Positions 27,547-39,257 of a stretch of DNA of 64,000 nt are shown here, in pieces (the first letter of the stretch is position 1; the number at the start of each line of letters is the position of its first letter). The DNA lies in contig NC_068984.1 in assembly GCF_001194135.2 (NCBI RefSeq), positions 72,042,334 through 72,106,333 of the forward strand. Reading direction: 5' to 3'. The notes below the pieces were generated by a model. That model saw nothing but the letters and a program-made list of their open reading frames with translations, was not told where the DNA came from and searched no databases. The DNA is from Octopus bimaculoides. Lineage: Eukaryota. The position numbers were made by a program, and so were the translations under genes.

Positions 27547-28627
27547 TTAGGTCATCCCATAAATAATGCTGTTTTCTACACTTCTCTTATTTTTCAAGAT
27601 TAAAATAAACAAAGTTCTTTCTTAATCAAAAATATACACTCCTTCATTTTCTACAATGCTCTTCCATCTATCTGGTAGACTTGCAAGGCCACTCTTCAAA
27701 TTTTCCCTTGTTCGTAATGGAAAATAATCCTCCAATACAGAATTCATATTTTTCCGTCCAAGTGATGTTGAAGACTGCGGAATAAATGATAATGAGCATC
27801 GTCTCCCATTCAAATTGCTCCAGCCTTTGGAATGTCATCCACACTGTATTGTCCGAGCATTATCCTGATGGAAGAACACCTTTCGTTTTGAAAGCAAATA
27901 TAGACGTTTTTCTGCTAGTGCTGACTAAAAGCCTTAAGCCGCTCAAGCTGCTCTCAGTATCTCTTCTTTATTATTGCTTAGTTTCGGTTTAAAAGTTCAA
28001 AGTAGAATAAACCTTTCATATCCCACCAATTGGTTCTTTCGTGAGATGTGTCAGCAAAGAAGAGCATACATTCACTTTCGCACGCGACTTGACACGGAAA
28101 GTTTTTGAGGAACCCATTGAGTCAATTTGCTGAATTTTCCGATGGCTTGCAGATGCCGATGAATGGTTGAATGACCAAATCCAAACTTTTCTTCTAGTTC
28201 CGCAACAGTTATGATGGAATTCTGTTCCGCCAGGCTTTGCTGGACATCCTCATCTATCTCTGCAGATCGTCCAGAACAACGCTCGTGTTCTAGGCTGTAT
28301 TTTCCGGCTCGGAATTTCTGGAGCCATCATTGACATTGGCTTACGAATATTGTCTGATCCCCATATACTGCATTCAGATTCCTCGCACTTTCTGTTGCAT
28401 TTTGCATTTATTGAGCTCATAAACCGAAATATGCCGGATATGTATCATAGCTTTCGAAGAATAACTATTAAAATCGAACAGCACTCATCAAACTTGCACT
28501 AAGAATAAGCTCAATGTAAATTGCTACATGCTTTTATAGCAAGTTGATGCAGGTAGTTTATCCCGTCCCCTTCCGACTTTCGATTAATGCAATTTAAAAA
28601 ATCTGCATTATTTATGGGATGATCCAA
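27547..28627 (-). mobile_element. mariner (Mos1/SETMAR-like) transposon with TIRs, internally deleted
   Basis: TIRs TTAGGTCATCCCATAAATAATGCTG (27547) and rc TTGGATCATCCCATAAATAATGCAG (ends 28627, followed by TA). Motifs KLTQWVPQKLS, FHQDNAR, YHLFRSLQHHLDG, SLPDRWKSIVENEGVYIFD*. The TGDEKW and HPPYSPD segments are missing. Confidence 0.9.
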
Positions 28628-31600
28628 TAAATTAAAAGCAGTATATATAAAATATTGTAATATCACCATAAATCTAGCAGATAAACAAGTTTGGATATTG
28701 TTGCTGTTTGTGGAAAGGAATTCAAACGACAGACAAATCCTAATCAACACGAAATTCCGTAATCCCAGGATTCTCGAACAAAAACCAGTTATCTTATGAC
28801 ACGCAGAAAATTATCTCTTCCTTGCATTCCTTTTCATTGGCGCTATATTTGTAGTAAACATAGCGTAATCTTTGACACGATAAGAGTATCCTAACAGTAC
28901 TGGTCTCCTAAACATTTAGGTAAATAGCGTCAAAAGGCACACTTTTCATACAGTCTCACCATCATAAAGCTATCACTTGGAGCTGCAAAATATTTTCGTC
29001 CCATTGAAAGAAAAATAACATGTTCAATTAAGCTAGTTGTAAGCATTTGTTTTACGGCACAATAGCTGTTATTAAATATTTAGGTATAATTCAGGCTTTA
29101 ATTGTAATGTTCTTTCACCAATATTTTCTCCTTTCACACTGACTTCCTTTTAAACGTGGAGATGTGGACATGAATGCTAAAATGTGAGCCAGTGAATGCT
29201 AAAATCATTGTACTACAATGAGGCCTGGAGATTCTTATTCCTTTCACCTATCCACCACAGAAATATACAATTTGCATTTTGACTATGGAATTGCTGTCAC
29301 AGTAATATGTAGTGATGTTATCATAACTTCATTCCCTAAGTCCACACTTCTCAAGCGGTATTAGTTTTTATTTCATCTTCAACACTTCTGTACATGTCTT
29401 TGAGATTTCTTTAATTTTTGACATTGTTTACAATTCTGTGTTGCAGCTTCACTAGAACATAGTGTCATGTTCTTCACGCGTTTTCCATCTTTTTTTTCTT
29501 AGTAAACAGCTATCTTTATTTTAGAAATTACTCGACTTCTATTCTATTAATAGGATGAACTAAAACATACTTTCCCAATACGAAAAATACAAAATCTTAG
29601 ATACTGTAGTTCTCACACCCAAATACTATTATTTATATTCCTGCTAACCATTGTCTGTAAATTGCAGTTGGTAAAAAGAAGTAATTTTCAAACTTTTCCA
29701 CCTGTTTACACAGGCTGATGTTACTTATTTCAATAATCATTGCCTGTGATATATTTTCTTAGATCGGGAATATCACGTAACGAAATCATCAATATATAGC
29801 ATTCTCTACGATCTATTTGCTTTGATTGGTTCTCTATATGCTATACACTTTCAGAAATCGTCCTTTAATAACTCTTCATATGAGTTATTGGCGTTGTCAT
29901 CTCTCACGTCATATTTATAAACCTCTTATAAACCGATGTCCTATTAATTGTCTAATTTAGCAGTAAATTAGTCAAGAGACTTATAATTTTAAAATTTCTG
30001 CAGAATTTTATATCTGGAAAAAAATCACAATTCATCTATATAATGTTTTCCACAAGCATCTAACAAATTTTTAGTTAACACCCATATACGCTTCAAACTC
30101 GCATCTAGATATCTAAGTATTGTAGACAACGGTACAGACAACATTTGCGTGTTTGGAGAGTGGCAGAGCTCGGGAGTAGACATTTTGAACACCTCATTTA
30201 AAATACTTTGTTACGCGTTAGGAACACAATGGTTTATACATTAGATTACCGGCTAATTTTATTTAAAATTTTATTTAATTCATCAGTGAAAGTTTCAGAA
30301 AGAACAGTAAGAAATGAATTGGGCCGATTAATTTCCTTCCATTTCTTGAATCATACTCCATTCAAAACAAAATGAAAAACAATGCATTTTAAAGCATTTC
30401 CTGGTGTTATAATGCTGTAAATGGTTTAGTAATAAGATGTAATATATCCTGTACACAACATTTTCCCTCCAAAATATATACAAGGTATTGATAGTACGAA
30501 AATAGTTATATAATGCTGAAATTAGTAATTTATATATGAATATTCTATAGAATATATCTTTCATAAATCACGATTTATTAAACAATTACATTCCAACCGT
30601 AGTTAGGAACATCAGCATAAATATATATTTTCCAATTCCGTTGTCACTAAAATGACAATTTATACTTTCTAGATTTTCTTTAACATATTTTTCGTTCTAT
30701 GTAATTATGAATGTTTACTTGCTTCCAAACTGTATTTATCATCTTTATTTATTTTTTTAGGCGTCTACTTTCTACAGAAGCAATAATCTTTTCATAAAAT
30801 GAATTAAAGAAGAACAATTATTTTCCTGCTTAACACAATCATTCCATCATTTGTAGCTAAATAAAGTGACTTATACGCTATAAATCTTCATTCCATATAT
30901 ATGTATTATGGAATCTTTAAACCCTTATGCTTATTTATATTTTATTTCTAACTGAACTACAAAACTGTTTTAAAGTTATGAGTTGATAAGATCTGCTAGT
31001 TAGCAGTTGTCTATATAGTTTGAAATCGATAAAGTGATTTCAGTAATAGAAAATTTTACCAGCTTTCCAATGACGGGCACTAAAAGAAGACATGTAAAGT
31101 AGTCCCTCGGTTTCGCAATACAAACATCTTAACATATTCCTTAAGAGACGGCTACTTTATCACGATGTTGTCTTTCGTAATCCCAATCTTCTAAACCCTT
31201 GAGTGTGCATATTGTAAGGCTTATATGCGATTTGATTTCCCTCTGTTACCATGTACACGTATCATCTGGTAATTCACTATATTTATTTAAGGAGTTGTAC
31301 TCTGTTACATTATTCAGTCACTGGAACCATAGTGAGTGCCGCACTTCACAATTACTAGCGATATATAATGTGTGTCACTCATGGAAATATATGACGCAGC
31401 GTTCAGTTTTATTTAAATCATTTTGAGCCGGGAAATAGTGATTCCTTCAGCGGCAGTATAATATTATATATACAAAATTTTAGTAATATTGTATATCACA
31501 TCACATATATATTCGGCAAATTACCGATCCACTAGCTATTAACATAACAAGAGCTGATACAAGAATTCATTTAGCATGGATGACTGTCGAAATCAAATGG

Positions 31601-31841
31601 GAAATAATTGATCTGTATATTTTTCAGGAAAACATTTGATAGAATTTTATCTTATTTCTAACATCAATTATGAATAATGAACAACTTACAGATTAAATGC
31701 TTCATAAAAAACAATTCTCTAATTGACATAAATGTTTTAATATATTTCACCAAAGAATTTTTCCGCCCAATACTTTATGAGAATTAATGAAGAGTACATA
31801 CTTTATAATCACATGTAAGTAACTTGAATATTGTTGGCACC

Positions 31842-33031
31842 TTAATACTTGCTCGCTTACAAACGGGAATATCGCACTGCTAACATAGAAAAGTAAGAGG
31901 CAATATTGATTAGTAATCCTTTAATAACCTTGATATTACATTATGGTTGCAAAACGAAATATTGCGCTCTTTCCAGTAATTATGTTCTGCAAAAGGTCTA
32001 CCATTTGCAAACACCGAATACCGACGCTATCAGGCTTATGGGGATATTAAGAGAGAATGCACGCTCTTTCAGTGCCTTCTTCTCGACGGAATCACTGCGC
32101 ACCCCACTCCTCAAAGGGGTCCCGCTTGGTAAATGATCAGTTCACTTCAATCAATAACATTTTAGCCATTGCTCATCGCTTCTTTTTAATCAAATCCAGT
32201 ATATTATCGATTACCTATAGTCTGGATATCTCTGTGGTGGAATTCTCTTTACGATGAGTTAGGCCTAGTGAAAACAACAATCCTCTCACATTGTCACCAA
32301 TGAATCCTTTACTTCCACCTTCAGTTGGAAGAGGATCTGCTTTCTAGCAGAAGGATGAGAAGTGGAACGGCTACTGGGAGCCGGCTACAGATTTACTATG
32401 AGGTGAAGCATTATTCCTCATTCTTGTTACGTTCTCACCAGATATTATGTGTTATACAAGAAAGTAGTAATCTAGTCGAGTTAACGGTTCTTGAAGCTAA
32501 CATGGACGCCGCTCCGGTATGAAAGATCAACCTTAAAACTTCTATGAAGACACAGACTAGAAAGCAGATTGTCTTCCAGCTGAAGGTGGAAGTAAAGGAT
32601 TCATTGGTGACAATGTGAGAGGATTGTTGTTGTCACTAGGCCTAGCTCATCGTAAAGAGAATTCCACCACAGAGATATCCAGACTATAGGGAATCGATAA
32701 GATACTGGATTTGATTAAAAAGAAGCGATGAGCAATGGCTAAAATGTTATTGATCGAAGTGAGCTGATCATTTACCAAGCAGGACCCCATTGAGGAGTGG
32801 GTGCGCAGTGATTCCGTCGAGAGGAAGGCACTCAAACAGCGTGCATTCTCTTGCATTCTCTTGCAATTGGTAGCCCTTTTGCAGAACATAATAACAGGCA
32901 AGACCGCAATATTTCGTTTTGCAACCATAATGTAATATCAAGGTAATTAAAGGTTTACTAATCAATATTGCCTCTTACTTTTTTTTATGTTAGCAGTGCG
33001 ATATTCTCGTTTTTAAGCGAGCAAGTATTAA
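31842..33031. repeat. Long inverted repeat (arms 31842-32347 and 32557-33031, 209-bp spacer)
   Basis: The arms are near-identical reverse complements (both encode VNDQ.TSINNILAIAHRFFLIKSSILSI.YSLDISVVEFSLR); both outer ends read TTAATACTTGCTCGC. Confidence 0.95.
32350..32760 (+). mobile_element. RLE-type LINE (Hero/NeSL-like) endonuclease C-terminal remnant
   Basis: Across frameshifts: SPDIMCY, LVELTVLEANMDAA, LPAEGGSKGFIGDNVRGLLLSLGL (cf. RPD..ELTVPWE.N...P.EVG.RGF). Confidence 0.65.
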
Positions 33032-33341
33032 TTTTCTATAGGATTCACAAACAGCAATGTAAGTTACAAATTTCAAATGCGAATAGGTCAATGTAAACAA
33101 TGCGATCGAGGAAAGAAAATATGTATAATGAGTGTATAAATATATTTCAAGAGGCACTCATCTCATTCAAGAACAATAACTTTTGCAATATCTACAATCG
33201 CATTGTTTACGTAGAATTATTCGTATACGAAACATCATAACATAAAGTGTTGGTTGTCAATTCTGTAGATGATGTATAGCTTTTAATATACATGGATATA
33301 TATCTCTGTGTGTGTGTGTGAATGTGTGTGCGCGTGCATGC

Positions 33342-33377
<36 letters not shown>

Positions 33378-33876
33378 ACGTACATACATGCGTACAAATA
33401 TGTAAACTTATATACATGCAAGCATACATACATTTATACATCTGACACAGATATTTAAAAGAACCACGCTTTATGATTGAAATAATCAGTAGTATTCTTG
33501 ATGATTGGGTGTACTTTGATTTAAAGTAATTTTATTTAAATTAATTTCTATTAATTAAAAATTCTATTTACGTATTTGTGAACTTGTTATGCATATGTTT
33601 TATGAATCTGCTTTTGGAATGCATTGAAATACCTTTTTTAAAAAGATAGTTGTTTTCTCGCATTTTATATTACATATTCTATGCCCTTAAGAATCGTTTC
33701 AATCACATGACAATTTTCATGTACTAAATTTGCTGCACGATTTATAAAATCATAAATCGTTACTATAGCTATAACATTTTTATGTTTTAGGGATAAAAAT
33801 GTTGATGTACTATGTGTATATATATATACATATATACATATTCTGTTGTGTCTGGGGAGAGTCGTTTTCTGTTTGC

Positions 33877-33912
<36 letters not shown>

Positions 33913-33921
33913 GGTTGATCC

Positions 33922-33978
33922 ACTACTCAGGAAGAGACTATTCTAGAGTACTTCTGTCTTATCTTCGAAACGTCTAGT
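33922..33978 (+). ncRNA. Hammerhead-like motif, copy 1 (core CUCAGGA, i.e. G5>C)
   Basis: ACTA-CTCAGGA-AGAGAC..GTCTTATCTTC-GAAAC-GTC-TAGT; stem I ACTA/TAGT; GUC triplet; palindromic stem III. Confidence 0.5.
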
Positions 33979-34229
33979 TAGAATAGAGACAGTTGATGAA
34001 GGGATATTCCAAGTGGTTTTCCGTTTTCCTATGTGTTCGTTCCGTTGTCTGTAGTTCATTGTTCTAACGTCCTGTACCCTGATATGAATATATATACACA
34101 TGTAGATGTAAGTATGTACATATATGTGTGTATACATGTATATATATTCTTTGTATTATTACATTATTGAGCGCACACGTCCTTTTTTGCAAGTAAGTCT
34201 ACTTTATTATTCTGACGTGACTCCATCTT

Positions 34230-34260
<31 letters not shown>

Positions 34261-34332
34261 GTCTATCTATCTATCTATCTATCTTTCTATCTATTTATCT
34301 ATCTGTCTTCCTCTATCTTTCTATATATCCCC

Positions 34333-34460
34333 CTGTCCTGGCCTCTACTTCACTGCTATACCCTTCTGTCCCTTCCTCCTTGTTCCACTTCCTCCCTCTG
34401 TCCTGGCCTCTACTTCACTGCTATACCCTTCTGTCCCTTCCTCCTTGTTCCACTTTCTCC
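34333..34460. repeat. 65-bp tandem duplication (two copies), pyrimidine-rich
   Basis: CTGTCCTGGCCTCTACTTCACTGCTATACCCTTCTGTCCCTTCCTCCTTGTTCCACTT begins at 34333 and 34398. Confidence 0.95.
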
Positions 34461-34663
34461 CTTCACCATCCTCTCTGCTCTCGTGTGACCTGTGGTCAAC
34501 TTTCTTTTCACTCCAGCCGCTGTGAAGGCAAGACGAGCTGCTAGCGTTCTACCTCAGATTCGCGTTTGGCCGTACGGCTTTTGAACGTTGTTTTCACTGT
34601 CCAATGTTTCCTGTCTTGGTTTGTGTTTGCCACCTTGGAATCCTCTGTGTAGTGGGTTGATCC

Positions 34664-34720
34664 ACTACTCAGGAAGAGACTATTCTAGAGTACTTCTGTC
34701 TTATCTTCGAAACATCTAGT
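34664..34720 (+). ncRNA. Hammerhead-like motif, copy 2 (CUCAGGA core; GAAAC-AUC)
   Basis: Same as copy 1 but G16.2>A breaks stem III. Confidence 0.4.
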
Positions 34721-37185
34721 TAGAATAGAGACAGCTGATAAAGGGATATTACAAGTGGCTTTCCGTTTTCCTATGTGTTCGTTCCGTTGTCTGTAGTTCA
34801 TTGTTCTAACGTCCTGTACCCTGATATGCATATATATACACATGTAGATGTAAGTATGTACATATATGTGTGTATACATGTATATATATTCTTTGTATTA
34901 TATATATATATATATATATATACAGAAAGAGAGAGAAAGAGAGAGAGGCGGAGGTAGATACGTAAATAGGTAGATAGAAAAGTAGATAAGCAAGTGGATA
35001 GATAAGTATGCCCAACAAAATATTGAAGCAAGTGGAATATTACAGATAAAACTGAGTTCATAATGTCGTTACGCTCCCGAAAGTAAATCTTCGAAAACAA
35101 ATCAGAAATGTAGGAAAGCTTTAATAATCTGAACTAGATGTGGCTCCATGGGTACTTACTATAAGAATTTATGACTCTTTATATTGATACGGCTGAATGA
35201 CTATATATGCAAATATGAAAGAGAAAATACCGTTTTGTTGATTAAAAGGAAGAAACTACTCAATACTAAAAAACAAATTGATTGGAAATAGTTCCCTGAA
35301 TTTCCGACTATTTGCATATCTATCAATAACAGGGTGTTTACAAATGGATAATATCAACGTATAAAATATATAGCTTACGCTTTATGAGCAGAACGACTGT
35401 CATAAAAACTTCAGAAATGCAAAATACCGAATAATGATGGACATTATTTGTTCAGAAAATGTGGGAAAATATTGACAATTTTAAATATTGCATGGGTGAT
35501 TTGTGGTAACGCATGCGACGGAGTTGCACACTCACGTATCATATGATACCGATCTCAGAGAAATTTAGCTATCTATTAGAAAAAAGTAAAGTATCATTCA
35601 TGAGTAGGGTTATGATTTATAAGTGTATGATTAACTGAGATATAGATCAGAGAACTAATCATTTTAAGAGAGTAAACAATGTTCCGCTTTTCACGACATG
35701 CGCTGAAGAAAGATAATTGAAATAGAAGATGTGAAGTTCCATCATCTCTTATTAATGGTTGATTTTAAGCTTTATACTACAGAAGCATAACAACCTAGAC
35801 TCCTTATTGTTAGGTTTCAGAAAATTTAGTGACGGTTTTGAAATAGTTTCTGAGTAAAAGAATATGCTACGAATTATACGAAGTAAGGAAGACGAATATA
35901 GATTATTAGTATAGAGCTCGCGAATGGAGAGAATATAAACACATTAAATAGAGTTGAAGGAAGAAAGTAATATCTAAAATAATGATAATGAAAGAAAATG
36001 TACGTATAAATATTTTATGCAGAAAATATCATGCAAGTAATCGACCGGATGCCAGTGTCAATAAGTTAGTATCAGTACGAATTATTGCATGGAGAAGTGA
36101 GGAGCTGAAGCACATTGAAAAAAATAGGAATTATTCATTATGCGCTGAAGCATGCATGTTAATTATATACAAGAATAGTTATAAAAGAAAACAAAACAGG
36201 GTAGTTTTAACGAGGAACGTAGGGATTGAGTGGACATATATAGGATTTTGTCTAAAAGAGAAAGAAGAGATGTTGCGGAAGGAGATAAGTAGAAATTTAT
36301 TTAGAGAATAATTAGAACCACAAAAGGAAAAATGAACAGAGAATGAGGAAACAACTCTTGCGTGTTCTTTTGCAAGAACACGCAAGAGTTGTTGCAGAAA
36401 AAAAAGGATAGAGGCCCGTGCCTAAAAACGGGATACTAAAGATAAAAGCCAAGTGAATGAACGTGAACTATATATGCTACATTACAAACGATACATCAGA
36501 ATGATACTTCATTCAGTTATAGAATGTGCTATGATTCACACAAGACCGCTGTAAACATTTAATTGGAAATTCCAAACTTGACTGAGAGTGCTGCAAGAGA
36601 ACGTTTACGTAGAATTTCGTTTTCATGCACTAAACATCTATAAATATTTTGAGACAAGAGATGCATGACCTAATAACGAAGAAAGGAATTTTCTTAATTT
36701 GGAGGGAGGATTTTCAGAACAATCTGAAAGGAAAGAATGCAAAATACAGCTGTCGACAAGATTTCCTCGACTAGGCAAGTCTATATGCGAACAGTATAAA
36801 CAAAAATAAGTGATATTAGATTATTATATTAACTTGAATTGTGAATTCCTCATGTGCTGAAAATTATCTTATCGATACGACGATATCATGGAACTACCGA
36901 TTATATTAAGAGTCATTATAACAGAGACATTAAACTGTTTATAACACCTGTTAACTTGACATTAATCTGAGAGTAGAAGAAAACATGTCTACTAGATTCA
37001 ACCTGAAGCATCCGTAAAAACAATTTTCACCAACAGGCGCCAAGTTGTCCTCTAAATAAACGACATATTTTAACTAGGTGAATTACAAATTCTGTGAAAT
37101 ATACTACGTTATTAAGAAAGAGGTTTTCTCAAAGCAAATAACAGTAATTTGTGTTCTACCACGACATTAAGTAAAGTAAGTACGT

Positions 37186-37490
37186 GTAGGCACATGGTTC
37201 ACTGATTAGAATGTGGGGCTCAAGTCATGTTGTGGTGAGTTCGATTCCCGGACCGGACTGTGTTGTGTACTTGAGCAAGACACTTTATTTCCCGTTACTC
37301 CATTTCACTCGGCTGTTGAAATGAGTTGCGACGTATCTGGTGCCGAACTGTATCGTCCTTTGCTTTTCCTTCGATAACATCAGTTGCATGGAGAAGGGTG
37401 GCTGGTATGCATGGGCGATTGCTGGTCTTCTATAAACAAACTTGCCTGGACTTGTGCATCAGAGGGGAAAATTGTAGGTGCAACCACGAT
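37186..37490 (+). mobile_element. tRNA-derived SINE family D (CORE-like segment)
   Basis: GTGAGTTCGATTCCCGG B box followed by TTGAGCAAGACACTTTATT (CORE-like). Confidence 0.7.
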
Positions 37491-37819
37491 ATACTATTTT
37501 AGTGGGAGATAAATGTTGCCTTTTGTTATTACTACCGCTTCTGTCGGTACGGATATTTTTTCATAAGCACACCGGCAGTTTCCGATACCAGTGCCTGAAT
37601 AGATACTGACATTCTATAATTACTGGCGGTGGAATTGGTGGCTTTATCTAGTATTATGTTCACCTATTAAAGACGGCTGCAGCAGACGGTTATCTCCCAT
37701 CAGCAGTAAATAGAGAAGTGCTTTTATGCATTATAAGTCCATATGAGTGTTCTTCTCATTGCATCTAAAGCAGTATTCCGTATTCTAAAATAGCTTCTAC
37801 TTTTCATGGATAAAGTATA

Positions 37820-38200
37820 TATTATTATTGTCATTATTATTGTGTAAGAGAGCCGTGTATGCCATGAAAGTGACACTGGGGTAAAATGTACGAAGCCCAG
37901 TATACCAATCATGACTAACCATCTGACAAGGGTACACAAGGCACATGCATCACAAATATATGTGCGTGACATGGTGATCTCATATCATGATGTGGCCTAC
38001 CGTTTCTCTTCTCTTACCACACATTCTGCATTTGTCGCTATCGGTAGTGTTGTCGATTCTACACTTTGGATAGTTAATCCCTGACGGTTATTTTTTTGTT
38101 GCGCATATAAGTGCTTCCGTGTCTTCAGGTCACTCCCCGTCATCCATAAGCTACCTGTCTTCTGTATCTGTCTTGGCGTTCGTATCTCGTGCAAACTGAC
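37820..38200 (-). mobile_element. R4/Dong-like LINE fragment: zinc-knuckle region fused to a 3' UTR-like tail
   Basis: Reverse complement gives WMTGSDLK..EALICA and KCRIDNTTDSDKCRMCGKRRETVGHIM, followed directly by a non-coding tail ending in (AAT)-like repeats. Confidence 0.7.
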
Positions 38201-38461
38201 AGTACATTATTTTCCTTCCATGCTGTTTATTTTTTGTGTTCCTTTTTTTGTGTTAAGTTTTTCTTTATTCACACAATTCCCAGTTTTAACGACGCCAGTC
38301 TTCTGCGTATGTTTCAACAATGTTTCCAGGGCATGTTTAACGTACCAACTAAGCGGTTTTCCTCTGCTTCGATACAATCCTGCCAACTGAACAAAGTTCA
38401 AACGTACAGCCTATCGGTGTCACTCTTAAGCTGAAACAAGATTTTTGTTGTCTTCGTATCC

Positions 38462-38540
38462 ATGTTTATTATTATTGTTATTACTATTATGATTGTTGTT
38501 GTTGTTATTATTATTATTACTATCATAATCATCATCATCA

Positions 38541-38605
<65 letters not shown>

Positions 38606-38625
38606 ATTATTAACATTATTATTAT
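38462..38625. repeat. Compound (ATT/GTT/ATC)n microsatellite
   Basis: Direct inspection. Confidence 0.95.
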
Positions 38626-38689
38626 TAGAATATTCGGCGTTTGCTTTGTCAATGTTCAAGTTGACTCCAAGTTTCACCCAGAGTTCTCA

Positions 38690-38810
38690 AGAGACAATAA
38701 GCTAGAAGTGCAAGTTAGTATTATGACTAAGGTGCCATGCGGTGAGTACGCCTGGCAAAATGTTTTGCCGCATTTAATCTGTCTTTTCGTTCTGAGTTCA
38801 AATTTCTAAC
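38690..38810. mobile_element. Abutting SINE B and SINE A fragments
   Basis: CTAAGGTGCCATGCGGTG (rc SINE B head) followed by CTGGCAAAATG..CGTTCTGAGTTCAAATT (SINE A). Confidence 0.5.
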
Positions 38811-39144
38811 CTAATAATAATAAACTACGAAATGAATGTGCGCAAGTTGGGAACAACAATCACACGCAAAACTTATGAGAGTTGTCGTTTCTAATGTTGG
38901 TTTTGTTGTTTTATTGTAAGTCATGTCATCCTGTCTAACGGTTTGCACCTGGCTAACATTGAGTGAGAAATCATACAATAAAACACATTGATACAATGCC
39001 ACTGACTTCTTGCTTTCAAAAATACGTTAACGGAAACTCCTATGCTGACGCATGCACTATTTGGGAGTTAAGATATGTGAGAATCAAACCCGTGATATTT
39101 GTAAGATATTCTGCCGCTAAACACAGGCTAACATTTTGGCAAAT

Positions 39145-39257
39145 GATGATAATGATGATGACGAGGATGATGATGATGACGAGGATGATGATGATGACGA
39201 CGATGATGATGATGATATCATCATCCTCATCATCCTCATTATCACCATCATCATCAG
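39145..39257. repeat. (GAT)n/(CAT)n microsatellite, partly self-complementary
   Basis: GAT run switches to CAT run at ~39216. Confidence 0.9.

Larger units (their letters stand above)
33908..34900 (+). mobile_element. Non-autonomous Penelope/retrozyme-like unit: two ~250-bp direct repeats (33908-34160, 34650-34900) around a ~490-bp core, set in (TA)n
   Basis: Near-identical direct repeats offset by 742 bp, each with a hammerhead-like motif; (TA)n on both flanks; no coding capacity. Confidence 0.6.
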
